Assembly (NCBI GenBank): GCA_000002445.1
Contig: CH464491.1
Span: forward strand, 4,416,001-4,480,000
Source: Trypanosoma brucei
Lineage: Eukaryota
Direction: 5' to 3'
DNA: 64,000 nucleotides
In this document: one piece after another, positions 31,167-42,281 of the stretch
Numbering within the stretch: the stretch's first letter is position 1
How the letters are laid out: the number at the start of each line of letters is the position of its first letter
Translations under genes and position numbers: made by a program
Notes under the pieces: model-generated
Databases searched by the model: none
Seen by the model: the letters and a program-made list of their open reading frames with translations, nothing else
Told to the model about the DNA's origin: nothing

Positions 31167-31371
31167 CAGTTCGTGGGATCACTAACCTGCTTGACCTTCA
31201 ACCACTAGACAGCTCCGTACAAACAGCTACCCCTCCCCGTCCAACCGCCCAGACGCTTCTACACCCTTCACTCCGTTTATTCTATTACGTCGGGTCCTTC
31301 TCGATTGGAGTGACTTCCTCTGGGGACCTAATACCACCGAGTACAAACGATGAGATATTCTGCGAAATGCA

Positions 31372-31406
<35 letters not shown>

Positions 31407-31537
31407 CTTTCCTGAGCGTCACCCACACCTGCAACTACAAATACAAAGGCGGTACCTCACAGGATATTCTCTCTCTAGTCCTCCCCTTGTTAAGAAGAAA
31501 AGAGCTTTGACACAGAGAAGCGGGAGAGGTGAAAAGG
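30136..31537. repeat. Segmental duplication, copy 2.
   Basis: Matches 27690..29083 base for base across the CDS and the upstream region, including the (CA)n microsatellite. It diverges at both ends (30136 and 31537). Confidence 0.9.
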
Positions 31538-31666
31538 AGGGGTTAAGCAAACATTCATAAAGTCGCATATTCAATTTAAATGCATCACAACAGAAGCTCC
31601 TTCCTTCCAGCACTTTTCGCTTAAAACTCAAACAGTGAGTATGGTTGCGTTTCGCATCTGCCCTGC

Positions 31667-34342
31667 TCACACCTTTGGCCCCACACCCAACATGCACTCT
31701 TTTCCTTCTCGCTTTTGTGCCACCAAATGTCGTTTGGTGCTGAGAACCCGCACCACCACGTGCCTCCCAGGCAGGACAGTGTCCCTTTTAAGCACAGACA
31801 CTTCTCCCCCCTCCACCAAATATTTGGTATCCACTGCTTCAAACCGCACCAACTTGCCGTCCAACAGGTTCGACCGTAGCAATGCATCAAAAACCTCCCC
31901 CGCACAGGTTCCTCCCTTGAATGGAAAACAGTGGGGAAACGAATTTAGTGGGCGCTCGATCGCATCAACTGGATACACTAAGTGACCGGGGCACAGAGAG
32001 AGAGCAGCGGCCAGGACCGCCTGAACGCCTGTTGTTGTATCAGGGTGCATTGGGCTAAAAAACTCACGCAACTCCACCAGGGCCTTCATCGCCCTTTTCC
32101 TTACGGCGTCCGTGACGTTTGCAGGGGCCCCATCGACTTCTTCGAAGCTGTGATCACCGGGCACGTAGCGAACAGCGCCCACCTGTCGTAAGAAAAGGAG
32201 ATTGCATTCCATTTTGGCGGACATTTGAACAAGGGTTTCGTTCGGGTAGCGCTCCTTCAGGGTACAAATCAACTTGTCCGCCGCGCACCGCATATCTGCC
32301 TTGTTGAGCGCTACAACTATGGGAAACCGCAGATGGACAAATGTAGCCACAAGCAAGTGCAGCTCGGCAGCCCCCCACGCTGGCAGGCGCCGAACCAGCT
32401 CCACTTCAGTAGAGATTCCAAGACACCGCAGCAATGCATCGATGGATGACGGTGGACTGTGGTACCCCGTGAACACCGTTCGTATTTTCAATGGTTTTCG
32501 AACTACGGCAGCCCACTGTGCACGGAGATTGTCATATATCCAGCTGTGCAATTCTCCTCGAACCCACATGATGTCGTCGAAGGTGGATCCTTCCCCTGGT
32601 GCACACGCTGATCCGTCCGCGTAAGTCGCGCCTGCACCATCAACAATGTGTACGAGAACATCTGCATCGCACAAATCGTTGAGGAATCGATTCCCCTTTC
32701 CCTTACCCCGGTAGGCACCTTGCACGAGACCAGCGACATCCTTCACCACTATGGGGTGTCGCCGGTGTGGAGCTCCAAAAGTAGTAACATGACCATACTT
32801 GGCGCCACACTGTCCCGTGCTTGACGGCGAGGGTTGTGACAAACTACACGGACAGAAAATGGGACCGAAACCACAGCCGACATTGGGGTCGATTGTGGTG
32901 AAAGGGAACGCTGCAACCCTTGCAGCCTTGCTCTCGTTATCGGGATTAGTTACCGCATTGTAAAACGTGCTCTTCCCTGCCGACGGTTTGCCAATGAGGC
33001 CGATAGTAAACTCGAGACTCCTACCCCTCCCACCAGCATCGTAACAACCTCCACCTTCGCAATCCCCTCTGCCATACGGCCGAAAAGACGGAGAACCACC
33101 CGCAAGCACTTCTTGCGCACGTCGGTGCGACTCGGCAATGCATGCACTCCTCGCACCTTCACTGTCATCCTCCTCCCACAGCCAATCATTCACTTTTCGT
33201 TCTTTCCATTGCTCTCCCGTCGCAACACCAGCACTGTCGTGCATTTCCCCTCCCTCCGCGAAAACGGACTTCAGGAAATCAAGAGCACCAACTGCTTGTT
33301 CTCCGGTGAACATTATCGCAGGTAGCAACATACCACTTTTGCCCTCAGGTCCCTCTCGCATGAACGCTGTGGTGTCAGAAACTAGCTTTGCCCTCCAGCG
33401 CTCGTAGAAAACATGGTGATTGGAAGGTCCGCCCACGATATCGAACTTTGGAATTTCAGCAGGGTATCCCTTTGACAAAGCCACACACAGTCGTAGCGCT
33501 GCGAGTGGGCTGCCCTCCAGGTCTCCGTCCGCGCAGTTCAACAGCAACGGCAGCGACACGGTGGTCATCTTTCCACGATGAACGCATTCCTCGCCGTAAA
33601 CACATGAAATCATTTCTAACTCCTCCTCGCAAGCCGCGGTAAGAGTACTATCCCCACCATCATTACCAGGGTTTCTCTGCGCAATGCGCTCAAAGAATGA
33701 CTTCAGAGACATGACAATATTCTGTAGCGTTGGGAAGCTGTGTGCGTGCTCATGCCACAAAACGTCAGCGTGAGGTCGACATGCATCCGCGAAAGATGCG
33801 CTCTCCGCTGGGTCCACAACCCCATCTTTCCTGCCCACGATATGCAGGGAAGGTAAAGGTCCCAGGAAACCATCGTTTTCAGCATCGTAACGAGCACTGT
33901 CTTTAAATGCTGAGGCAAGCCCAGGGAAGGTACGACGGGGATCTGGTGTCGCAGCTAATATAAGTCCCTTCAGCGGGGGCCCGTAGCCGTCACCGCCGTG
34001 AAGCTCACGAAGCATTACGTAACGGGCGGCGACAAGGCCACCCTGAGAAAATCCCAAAATGACGTCGTAGCGCATCCCCTCAGCAGCCATGTGGCGCTTC
34101 ACCACCGCGTCCCCGATACTGTAATCATCATCCGCTTCGCTGGGCTCTTCGCCGCACGGCTGCCTGCACCACGAATACGTTGCAATGGAGTTGGAGCCCG
34201 TGTGGTCATGCGGTAACGGATAGGGGGCATCCACAAAATCAAATTCTGCGACAGAAGAAAGCTTAACACACAACCTATTCAGCTGATGCTCAAATATTTC
34301 ACCTGTTTGGCCGAACCCGTGCAGACATAAAACTTTCACCAT
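31667..34342 (-). CDS. Multidomain protein: N-terminal FSH1/OVCA2-type serine hydrolase + RWD-like domain + Obg-like ATPase of the YchF/OLA1 family + C-terminal TGS domain.
   Basis: ORF 31667..34426. The likely start is MVKVLCLHGFGQTGEIF (ATG 34342). Hydrolase motifs LCLHGFGQ and GFSQGG. G1 GLIGKPSAGKSTFYNAVT. G2 FPFTTIDPNVG. G3 VKDVAGLVQGAYRGKGKGNRFLNDLCDADVLVHIVD. NKAD. The C-terminal LVRFEAVDTKYLVEGGEVSVLKRDTVLPGRHVVV is TGS-like. Confidence 0.7.
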   Translation of the reverse strand: MVKVLCLHGFGQTGEIFEHQLNRLCVKLSSVAEFDFVDAPYPLPHDHTGSNSIATYSWCRQPCGEEPSEADDDYSIGDAVVKRHMAAEGMRYDVILGFSQGGLVAARYVMLRELHGGDGYGPPLKGLILAATPDPRRTFPGLASAFKDSARYDAENDGFLGPLPSLHIVGRKDGVVDPAESASFADACRPHADVLWHEHAHSFPTLQNIVMSLKSFFERIAQRNPGNDGGDSTLTAACEEELEMISCVYGEECVHRGKMTTVSLPLLLNCADGDLEGSPLAALRLCVALSKGYPAEIPKFDIVGGPSNHHVFYERWRAKLVSDTTAFMREGPEGKSGMLLPAIMFTGEQAVGALDFLKSVFAEGGEMHDSAGVATGEQWKERKVNDWLWEEDDSEGARSACIAESHRRAQEVLAGGSPSFRPYGRGDCEGGGCYDAGGRGRSLEFTIGLIGKPSAGKSTFYNAVTNPDNESKAARVAAFPFTTIDPNVGCGFGPIFCPCSLSQPSPSSTGQCGAKYGHVTTFGAPHRRHPIVVKDVAGLVQGAYRGKGKGNRFLNDLCDADVLVHIVDGAGATYADGSACAPGEGSTFDDIMWVRGELHSWIYDNLRAQWAAVVRKPLKIRTVFTGYHSPPSSIDALLRCLGISTEVELVRRLPAWGAAELHLLVATFVHLRFPIVVALNKADMRCAADKLICTLKERYPNETLVQMSAKMECNLLFLRQVGAVRYVPGDHSFEEVDGAPANVTDAVRKRAMKALVELREFFSPMHPDTTTGVQAVLAAALSLCPGHLVYPVDAIERPLNSFPHCFPFKGGTCAGEVFDALLRSNLLDGKLVRFEAVDTKYLVEGGEVSVLKRDTVLPGRHVVVRVLSTKRHLVAQKREGKECMLGVGPKV

Positions 34343-36001
34343 TATATTTAAATGTATTTTTTTGTCTTGGACCTGCATGGAAGAAAAACAAAAATATGAA
34401 TACATACACGACGTAAACAAATGCACCCGGAGAGTTATAGTCGTGCTCTTTTTTTTGTTGTTTGTAAGGCAGCCCGTTGCCTCACTTCAACCTATGTATA
34501 GCGACGAAAGGATTTACGTGTCTTTTTCACATATGCTTATTGGCATATCCAACTGTGATGAACTGTCAACGCGGCGAATTCAAACGGCCACCACATGCGG
34601 ATTTTCAGCCGCTATCATGTCAGAACCGCGGAAAAACTTGGAAAATGGAACGAGATCCTTCAATGATTTGGGAATGGAATGGAATGTAAAGAAGCTCCGT
34701 CACCTTCATTTCATCCCTTCCCTCCCTTTTGTTTCCTGGCGATTTCGCTTTTCAATAAGGATTTTCCCGACCTCCGCAGGACCTAAGAAATTTCGGGGCT
34801 AACAGCCAAAACGATAACGGCCTGTAGGAAGTTTATAAAATATATAACCAACAAATGAACAAATGGGCATTGGCGCGACTAACAACTGTCCAACTACGTT
34901 TGAGTTATACGGTTTGTTCCTCCTCTCCGCGTCTACTCGTGGTTGTTAAAACAGTCACCGCACTGCAGCTGCCGCGTAGCATTCACATTACTTCTACCGT
35001 TGTTTCCTTCCTCCATCTCCTCCACTGTTCTACGGAAAATGGCATTGCCATCATCATCATCATCATCTGTTTTAAAGGCAATTCGATACAGCTTAAACAA
35101 TGAAGCATAGATTTGCGTGTACATGTGCCTAGGTAAGCAACTATGAAAGAAAAGTAGGAGAACGATAACACCAAATGACCCTGCCAACGGGCAAAAGAGA
35201 TAACGTAACTGCGGTTTGCCACCTCTAAAGAAACAAATAAACAGAAATATAACGCACAATGCGCGCGCACTATTCGGGAAACTGAGTAAGCGGTTGGCAA
35301 TGCGCATCGTCGTGAAAACGTACATCTATCCATCTATAGATGAGGAGGCATGCTTAGACGAATTTATTGATTTAATTTGGTTTTATATTGGTCCAATTTA
35401 CTCTTTACTTCTCCTCATGAGTTGTTATGACGGCATATACTGGCAAAAGCGTACCGCCTCTACTTCCATGCCACCGAGAGAAAATATCAAACAGACGAAC
35501 TAGGGGGGAGGGTCCGCAACACGATAAAATATAATACATTACACCAAAAAAGAAAACAATGCAGAAAGTAGTTTGGGAAAATATCAGAGAGTTGAAAATA
35601 AAAATACCAGAAACAAAAAACAAAACGCCATCATCGCAGGCACGACCGCGCGGGGCGGAACCCTGGACCCCCTTCCCGCCTTCCTCTCCACGTTATCATT
35701 CTCCGTTACACGCTTTCTCAACGTCATCTCCTCCACCACTCCCGTCCTTTAGCCACCCTATCGCCCCCAGTTCAACCCAAAGAACGCGCAGAGGCCTTCA
35801 GCCACCTTCCCTGATAGGACGAGTAAACATGATGAAGCATCACCAACGAAATGAATTAATGAAACCAAGCTTTATAAGTACAGATATATATGTATGCATG
35901 TATGTATGTGCAGTCGCACACTGTCAACCATATGTTGGCGGCACGAATTGTTTGGCTGAAACTAAGTTGATTACACCACCACCTCACAATGCCAATGGTG
36001 G

Positions 36002-38755
36002 TTACGAGCCCACACCTAACCAACTGGCTAGGCGGCTGTTCGTGGCCAACTCCAGAACCGTTACATCAAATTGGTCTGATTCCTCCGTCAGTGCGGAAAG
36101 TTGCGTTATGGAAATGTCGCCGTTTCGCTCAAAGTGATGCCTTTTTCTCGGTGGTCCCAACGGTTTCGGTATGTCCTCCCTCATGTTCTTCGAACACAAA
36201 GAAGAGTTGAAGGTGAAATGGCAGTGTGCGACGCCGCGTGAGTGACAGTCAGCGCCTCTCACAGCCCCCACAGGCATTCTCAACGCGTAGTGGGGGTCAT
36301 CAGCTATGTCCTGAAGCAGCCAATACACTGACTGCGCCAAGTGCCGACACCGCTTCTGCCCGGTTTCCGTCTTTAAAATTCGCTCGTGTGCCCTCGGCTT
36401 ACAAGTGCAGGATAGGTGCTGAAACACGCTTGACCAGTGCGGGTCGCCGGCACCAATTTTGACATCCTCGTTCAACAACGGCTGTAAGTTCATATGCACC
36501 ATAACGTATAAGTGACGGCGCACAGAGCACGCCAACGCAAAGCGTCCGTACCCAAGTATCTGGAAGTGACAGTCGGAAAAGTAACCTTCTGCTGCTGACC
36601 GCACCGCGTCGACAGACGCGTTGAAAACATTCTTGGTAAAAAAAGCTGACATGAATTCGTATATCCGGAGTCGTTGTGCTGGAGAGAGTGACCCAAACAA
36701 CTTCGGTCGTGCATCCGGATTGAACCTCGGTGGATACGTTGAAGATAGTGAAACATCGTCGCAAATAGTAGGACGGGCAATGCCCACGCGCATAGTTCCC
36801 ACATGCTTCATCAACATTTCTGGTCGGCATGCTTGGCTACGCAAATCTCGCGCTAACATACTAGTCCCGCACAACTCATCAAAAAGGCGATCACGTTCCC
36901 TTTCCACGTCAAAGTTGGCACGGTCAGAAGGGGTCAGCGAATCAACAGTTTCATTAAATTTATCGACCCACTCCTTGACACAATTGTAGTCGCCTGCAGC
37001 GTGAACACCCACATGATTAGCCGCCTCCGAAAAAGCTGCTGTTCGCGACAAACACCCACTACTCTTAACGTCTATTCGGAAATATTGCACAGCAAAAGCA
37101 AGAATTCGCACAAAGTGGTGGATATCCCGCGAAGTATCCGTCAATGAGTTCACACACGCTGAGATAGAAGCCAATTCTTTGTCAACTCTACGACAGAAAC
37201 TGGTGTCACCTACAGCGAATATCGGTAGTATGAAAGCATTTTCGTTCCATGCAGTCCTAACCCACGACCTCAGGACCTCTGAGAAGCGGTGGTCGCCGTC
37301 GGCAACCACAACGATGAGGCGCTGCCTGTCTCTCCGCTCGGTCGACAGCGCCGTCCACGACACGCACAACTGTCGTAGTGCTATGTCGTCACTAATTGGA
37401 AAAAGGTGAGAGTTACTCGGAGTTTCAAGAAATAAGCAAGCAGCACCATCCGTTATCACAGGCACTTGCGGGAATGGGTCGCCTACCGAAGACCGGTTGA
37501 TGGTGCCATTAGGTACCCATTCAGCTATGACCTCCTCATCAGACTCGGTTTTCAGCTGTAGCGGTTGTACCTCGTGGATTTCTTCCTTAGCAGTGTTTGA
37601 AGGAAGAAAGCACGCCTCTCGCTTCACAACAGGTTTATCATCGCAATCACCACCGAATCCATTAACGCCCACACCGCGCCCCAGATTATCATGGGTGTCA
37701 CTGGTAGCAGCAGCGCCGAGCGAAGCAGGGTGAAGTGATACGGTAGGCACTGACCTAGTACCATTCTTTCTTTGCACAGCACGGCCAAATGCAGCTGTTG
37801 TCTCCTCGTTCCCCTTCAGCAACATCGATAACCAATCGCTGACAACCGCATTACGGTCACCGTCCGAGCATGCCCATCCCTGTTGTCGCACACACTCCTC
37901 CTTACAGAAAGTTTCACCCACACCACAGTGGTTGTGCCCCGGCTTAAGTTGGTCGACCACGTTTTCCCCCGTGCTCTGGACACGACGGTCGTCGTCCCCA
38001 GCTGGATGAAACGGTGGCACAACCGCCTCTTTCGGTGCTACAGCCGCCGTCAGAAGGAGAGAGCCCACAAGCCCAGACCAAACCATGCGCACGCTCTCTA
38101 ATCCAGGCACATTATGTTCAGGACTGAGAACACCGGTGAAGTCAACATGAATCCTTGTCTGAAATGGCTCTGGCATGAACAGTAAAGCGACACGTGTAAC
38201 CTGCAACGCGCTGCGATACGCAGAAACGCAGTCCACCTTTGGAAGATCGTCCCACGCTAGCTGTACATAAAGCACCGGCATCGCATGCTTAAATTCGGCA
38301 CCCAAGACAACCACATCCAACAGCAACCACGCCGCCACGATGCCGTCAGCTCTTACGGTGTCCTTTTCCCTTGTGTCCCCTTGCCCCTCGATTTTCGGCT
38401 CAACGCGTACACCATTACGCAAACACGGTCTCGCACCTAACCCGGTACCGCGCAGGCTGCTCATAAAGGTCGTTGATGATGCTAGAAACTGCATAACAAC
38501 ACCACACGCATCTGTTTTTGATCCTGTTGTCGCCAACGTCTCCATAGGTTCCTTGCCGAACACAACGACAATGGAATCGCGAGCATCCCTCCTACAGTTG
38601 TTCCGCTTTGCTGCCCTTTCCCATTGGGCCTTAATGCTCTCCTGGTTGCCCATAAGCTCCACAATATTTACGGCAAGGGCTCGTTGAACACCCGCAGAAG
38701 AACATACTAAACGCGACGGTGAGAATGTGTTGGACGAGATGGGTATGTGATGCAT
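36002..38755 (-). CDS. Hypothetical protein (917 aa).
   Basis: Uninterrupted minus ORF with coding-like composition and no recognised motif. Several antisense plus-strand ORFs inside it are rejected. Confidence 0.5.
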   Translation of the reverse strand: MHHIPISSNTFSPSRLVCSSAGVQRALAVNIVELMGNQESIKAQWERAAKRNNCRRDARDSIVVVFGKEPMETLATTGSKTDACGVVMQFLASSTTFMSSLRGTGLGARPCLRNGVRVEPKIEGQGDTREKDTVRADGIVAAWLLLDVVVLGAEFKHAMPVLYVQLAWDDLPKVDCVSAYRSALQVTRVALLFMPEPFQTRIHVDFTGVLSPEHNVPGLESVRMVWSGLVGSLLLTAAVAPKEAVVPPFHPAGDDDRRVQSTGENVVDQLKPGHNHCGVGETFCKEECVRQQGWACSDGDRNAVVSDWLSMLLKGNEETTAAFGRAVQRKNGTRSVPTVSLHPASLGAAATSDTHDNLGRGVGVNGFGGDCDDKPVVKREACFLPSNTAKEEIHEVQPLQLKTESDEEVIAEWVPNGTINRSSVGDPFPQVPVITDGAACLFLETPSNSHLFPISDDIALRQLCVSWTALSTERRDRQRLIVVVADGDHRFSEVLRSWVRTAWNENAFILPIFAVGDTSFCRRVDKELASISACVNSLTDTSRDIHHFVRILAFAVQYFRIDVKSSGCLSRTAAFSEAANHVGVHAAGDYNCVKEWVDKFNETVDSLTPSDRANFDVERERDRLFDELCGTSMLARDLRSQACRPEMLMKHVGTMRVGIARPTICDDVSLSSTYPPRFNPDARPKLFGSLSPAQRLRIYEFMSAFFTKNVFNASVDAVRSAAEGYFSDCHFQILGYGRFALACSVRRHLYVMVHMNLQPLLNEDVKIGAGDPHWSSVFQHLSCTCKPRAHERILKTETGQKRCRHLAQSVYWLLQDIADDPHYALRMPVGAVRGADCHSRGVAHCHFTFNSSLCSKNMREDIPKPLGPPRKRHHFERNGDISITQLSALTEESDQFDVTVLELATNSRLASWLGVGS

Positions 38756-39262
38756 CTACTCAAGGCCACGATCCACACCTAACACATAGTAAGGATAAAA
38801 ACAAAAAGTCAAGGGAAAAGAGTTACTGTTTGGTCCGTGCCAATTACATTTTTATGACAGTTGCTACCATGACATCAAAAAAAAAAAAGTAAAGCGGATA
38901 CGGTAAGACATTGCTTATCACCTTTCCCTGCTTGGGGTTTTTTATACTTACTGTCATCACCATCACTAGAACCTTCCCACTACACCCGCATGAAGGAAGC
39001 CAGTGTAAAATAAGCGCGTGAGGAAACGGAGGGAGAAGCAGGTGTTCACAGGCACACGTGTTGTAACACTCTGCAGCCTGCGCTTATCCGCAAGTACCCC
39101 ATGCAAAGACATAAACTTACGAAATGGGCACCCATTCCGCTCATATGCGTCCGTCCATGCGTACTTCTGTTGTCTCTCCTTATTGAAAGGTTTGCGTTCA
39201 CGTCGATCGCAACCCATCCACACACACACACACGTACTCTGCAACGGGAACCTTCGCTTCCA

Positions 39263-41422
39263 CTACTCCTCAGCACGATGTGCATCATGGAGTTGCTTAG
39301 ACCAAAGCTCGCTATACAAACCGCCTCTCTGTAGCAGCTCCTCGTGGGTGCCGCTCTCACTCAGGGACCCTTTCCCGTCAAGCACGAAAATTTTGTCAGC
39401 ACTCATGATGCTTGTGAGCCGATGTGCTATAAGTATGAGGGTGCGTCTCTTCCCACCAGCGTCACGCAGTTGCTGCATCACATGCATTTCCGTTACGCTG
39501 TCCAGAGCCGCAGTAGCCTCGTCTGCCAGTAGGATTGGCGGATTGCTGAGAACAACACGCGCGATAGCTATCCGTTGCTTCTCACCACCGGAAAGTTTTA
39601 GCCCCCGTTCCCCCACAACCGTATCGTATTTATCACTCATGTTCATTATGCTGTCATGTATACAAGCCACCTTTGCGGCCCTTATCATCTCCTCCTCCGT
39701 AGCGTCCGGCCTGCCATAACAGATGTTGTACCGCAATGATTCATTAAAAAGTACCGTATCTTGCGGTATTACACCGATAGACTCACGAAAGCTCGGTATT
39801 TGCAAATCCGTCAATGGCTGCCCGTCGATGAGAACGGACCCCGAAAGCGGGTCGTAGAAACGATAAATCAAGCGGAAAATAGTACTTTTTCCACTTCCGG
39901 AGGGGCCGACGAAGGCAACAGTGCTTCCACCAGGTATGGCAAGTGAGAGGTTACGCAAGACGAATCGATCATCGCCGCCGGTTTTGAAAGCGAAACACAC
40001 GTCTCGCAACTCAATGGTACCACTTACTAACTCTAGCGCCTTCGCATTTGCCTTCTGCTTCACACTGTTTTGCACGTCGAGGAGGGCGATCATTGCTTGC
40101 ATATTCTGTGTAGATGCCTGTATATCTCTGTAAATCATACCCAGGAAACTTAGCGGAGTATAAAGTTGCATGAGCAAGGCGTCCACCAATACCAAATCGC
40201 CCACAGTCATCGAACCCGCGAGCACACCACATGTGGAAAGGTACAATGAGACCAGAGCAGCTAAGACAAATATCGCATGCTGACCAAAATTCAAGAGCGA
40301 CATAGACTGATCCAGCCGCATGAGCTGATGATTCATGTCCGCCGTCTCGCGCCGAAGGCGCGACTCCTCATAACTTTCGCGGCCGAAGTACTTTACCGTT
40401 TCGTAATTAAGAAGGGAGTCCACGGTTAGCCCTCCTACGCGGCTGTCTCCCTTGTTGAAGCGCGCCCGGTACTCAGCACGCCAATTAGATACAACGTATG
40501 TCCACCCAATGTACAACACAACCGCAGAAAATGCTGTTAAGATAAAAGGGGTTCCCGCACAACTCTTCATGACTGTGCAAACCAACACCACTTCAAATGC
40601 TGTGGGAATCACCATAAACAAAAGCGCATGCGCAAGGGACCAAAACGCACGGCTGCCGCGATCAAGATCCTTGCTTAGAACACCCGTCTCCCGACCAAGA
40701 TGGTACTGTAAGTCAAGGGAGTGTAATTTTGCGAAGAGTTCCATTGCAATCGTTGTTGATGCATGACAGCCAACGGGAGCGAACAAAGCAGACTTCATTT
40801 CCTCAGTGAAAGAGCTTAACAACCTACTGATGCCATACGCAACTACCAGACCGAACACACCCAAATGCAATGCTTCTGTCACCGTTGTGACACAAGCGCC
40901 AACCTCAGTACTATTTGTGAGCACATCTATAATCGTCTTGAACCAAAATGGCACTGCCACCTTCAGCACCTTGGCCAGGACGACACACGTTACGCTGGCA
41001 ACTACCAGTGCACGATACCCCGGCTTCCCAGCCGGCCACAAATGGTGTAGCACGTGCCCCATCACTCTGTAAATTGGTATTTTATTAGAATCCTCATCCG
41101 TCACTACAGAACCCCCTACAATATCAGGCTTTTTGGAGGGTTCCCACTGTTCCTGATCCTTCCGCTGCGTGGGCTTGGCGTTACGCTTTCCTTTTCGGTC
41201 GGTGCCAACTGACGGAGAGGGCCCGAACATCGGTCGATTCGGATGATGAAAAGCGCGGACGGCTGTCCTCAGTGCCGGAACCGCCGTTGCGATCGGCAAT
41301 GTCAGCCCATGGATACGGCAAAAAAATGCGATTCCGCAAAAATGATGCCCATTCAAAACGGAGACACTACTTGAACGCACACGAACGCAATGTACCAAAT
41401 GACAGAACGCAGCGCGCCGCAT
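39263..41422 (-). CDS. ATM1: ABC half-transporter of the ATM1/ABCB7 (mitochondrial Fe-S export) type, with TMD-NBD order.
   Basis: ORF 39263..41578. The upstream 52 codons are translated AT-rich spacer. The likely start is MRRAAFCHLVHCVRVRSS (ATG 41422), which looks like a presequence. Walker A GPSGSGKST. Signature LSGGEKQRIAIAR. Walker B ILLADEATAALD. DTVLFNESLRYNICYG and ERGLKLSGGEKQR match the ATM1/ABCB7 pattern. Confidence 0.8.
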   Translation of the reverse strand: MRRAAFCHLVHCVRVRSSSVSVLNGHHFCGIAFFCRIHGLTLPIATAVPALRTAVRAFHHPNRPMFGPSPSVGTDRKGKRNAKPTQRKDQEQWEPSKKPDIVGGSVVTDEDSNKIPIYRVMGHVLHHLWPAGKPGYRALVVASVTCVVLAKVLKVAVPFWFKTIIDVLTNSTEVGACVTTVTEALHLGVFGLVVAYGISRLLSSFTEEMKSALFAPVGCHASTTIAMELFAKLHSLDLQYHLGRETGVLSKDLDRGSRAFWSLAHALLFMVIPTAFEVVLVCTVMKSCAGTPFILTAFSAVVLYIGWTYVVSNWRAEYRARFNKGDSRVGGLTVDSLLNYETVKYFGRESYEESRLRRETADMNHQLMRLDQSMSLLNFGQHAIFVLAALVSLYLSTCGVLAGSMTVGDLVLVDALLMQLYTPLSFLGMIYRDIQASTQNMQAMIALLDVQNSVKQKANAKALELVSGTIELRDVCFAFKTGGDDRFVLRNLSLAIPGGSTVAFVGPSGSGKSTIFRLIYRFYDPLSGSVLIDGQPLTDLQIPSFRESIGVIPQDTVLFNESLRYNICYGRPDATEEEMIRAAKVACIHDSIMNMSDKYDTVVGERGLKLSGGEKQRIAIARVVLSNPPILLADEATAALDSVTEMHVMQQLRDAGGKRRTLILIAHRLTSIMSADKIFVLDGKGSLSESGTHEELLQRGGLYSELWSKQLHDAHRAEE

Positions 41423-42281
41423 TTTTTTTTTTTTAATTACTGACAGCGTGTCTGCAGAAGCTATCAGCACTGTCTCCCAAATATATATATATAATAGGCA
41501 GGTGGCGTGAGAAAAAAATAAAGAAAAGGGGAGACTAGCACCACTGAAGCCATGCAACAAGGTTCTTGTGGGTACCAACAGATGAACTTATGACCGCAGG
41601 ATGACTTGGACACTAGGAAGGTACCAAAAGAGAACCAAAAAGACTAACACAGCCCCCACCACAGCATAACGGTAGGCAGCAATGCTGAATACACCAGGAC
41701 GTCAGTACAAACATCGTAAAACAAAAATACGGAAAAAGTGGCCCAATTTGAACTCTCAGCTAGCCCGATCTTCCAGTGGACCCATGCGCGTAGAGGCATG
41801 CACGAATACTCTTTACTCGAGGCGTCGAGCGGGCACTTTGCTCCATTGAATCACATTACCAGACATTGCGCAAACCAATGGTACAAATAAATGCCAACCT
41901 CCACACACAAACCATCGCAGACTCAAAAACAAGACTAACACCAGAACACACGGAGCATGAAAAGAACTTGGCACTGAACAGATAACTGGTGAAAGCAATA
42001 AAAAATGTGACACCGACTTACAGGGTCACTGCAACCCCATCAACAGAAAACGCGCTCGGTGCTTTCTTCTCTTTCCTCTATGCACGTTTCGGGACCCACG
42101 AAACCATTTCCACAACCCAGCGTGTTTTAAGAGAAGGGAAATTTTTGACAGTCACCCACATACACATACATGCGCTATGAAGGAACGAACAAAGTAAAAG
42201 AAGTCCACAAAACAAAAAAAACGGGGGGAGCACGGGCCGCCCCATCATGTAACACCAAAGCTGTTGCATCATACACTGCAG

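Noticed and set aside
34933-35325. Minus-strand 130-aa ORF in the gap between the OLA1-fusion gene and the 917-aa gene.
   Set aside because: It is possible but unsupported. It contains a D6 run and has no motifs. It is left uncalled pending expression or conservation evidence.
35559-36137. Plus-strand Pro/Ser-rich 192-aa ORF.
   Set aside because: It is on the opposite strand to every supported gene and overlaps the 3' end of the 917-aa minus gene. Its composition is low-complexity.
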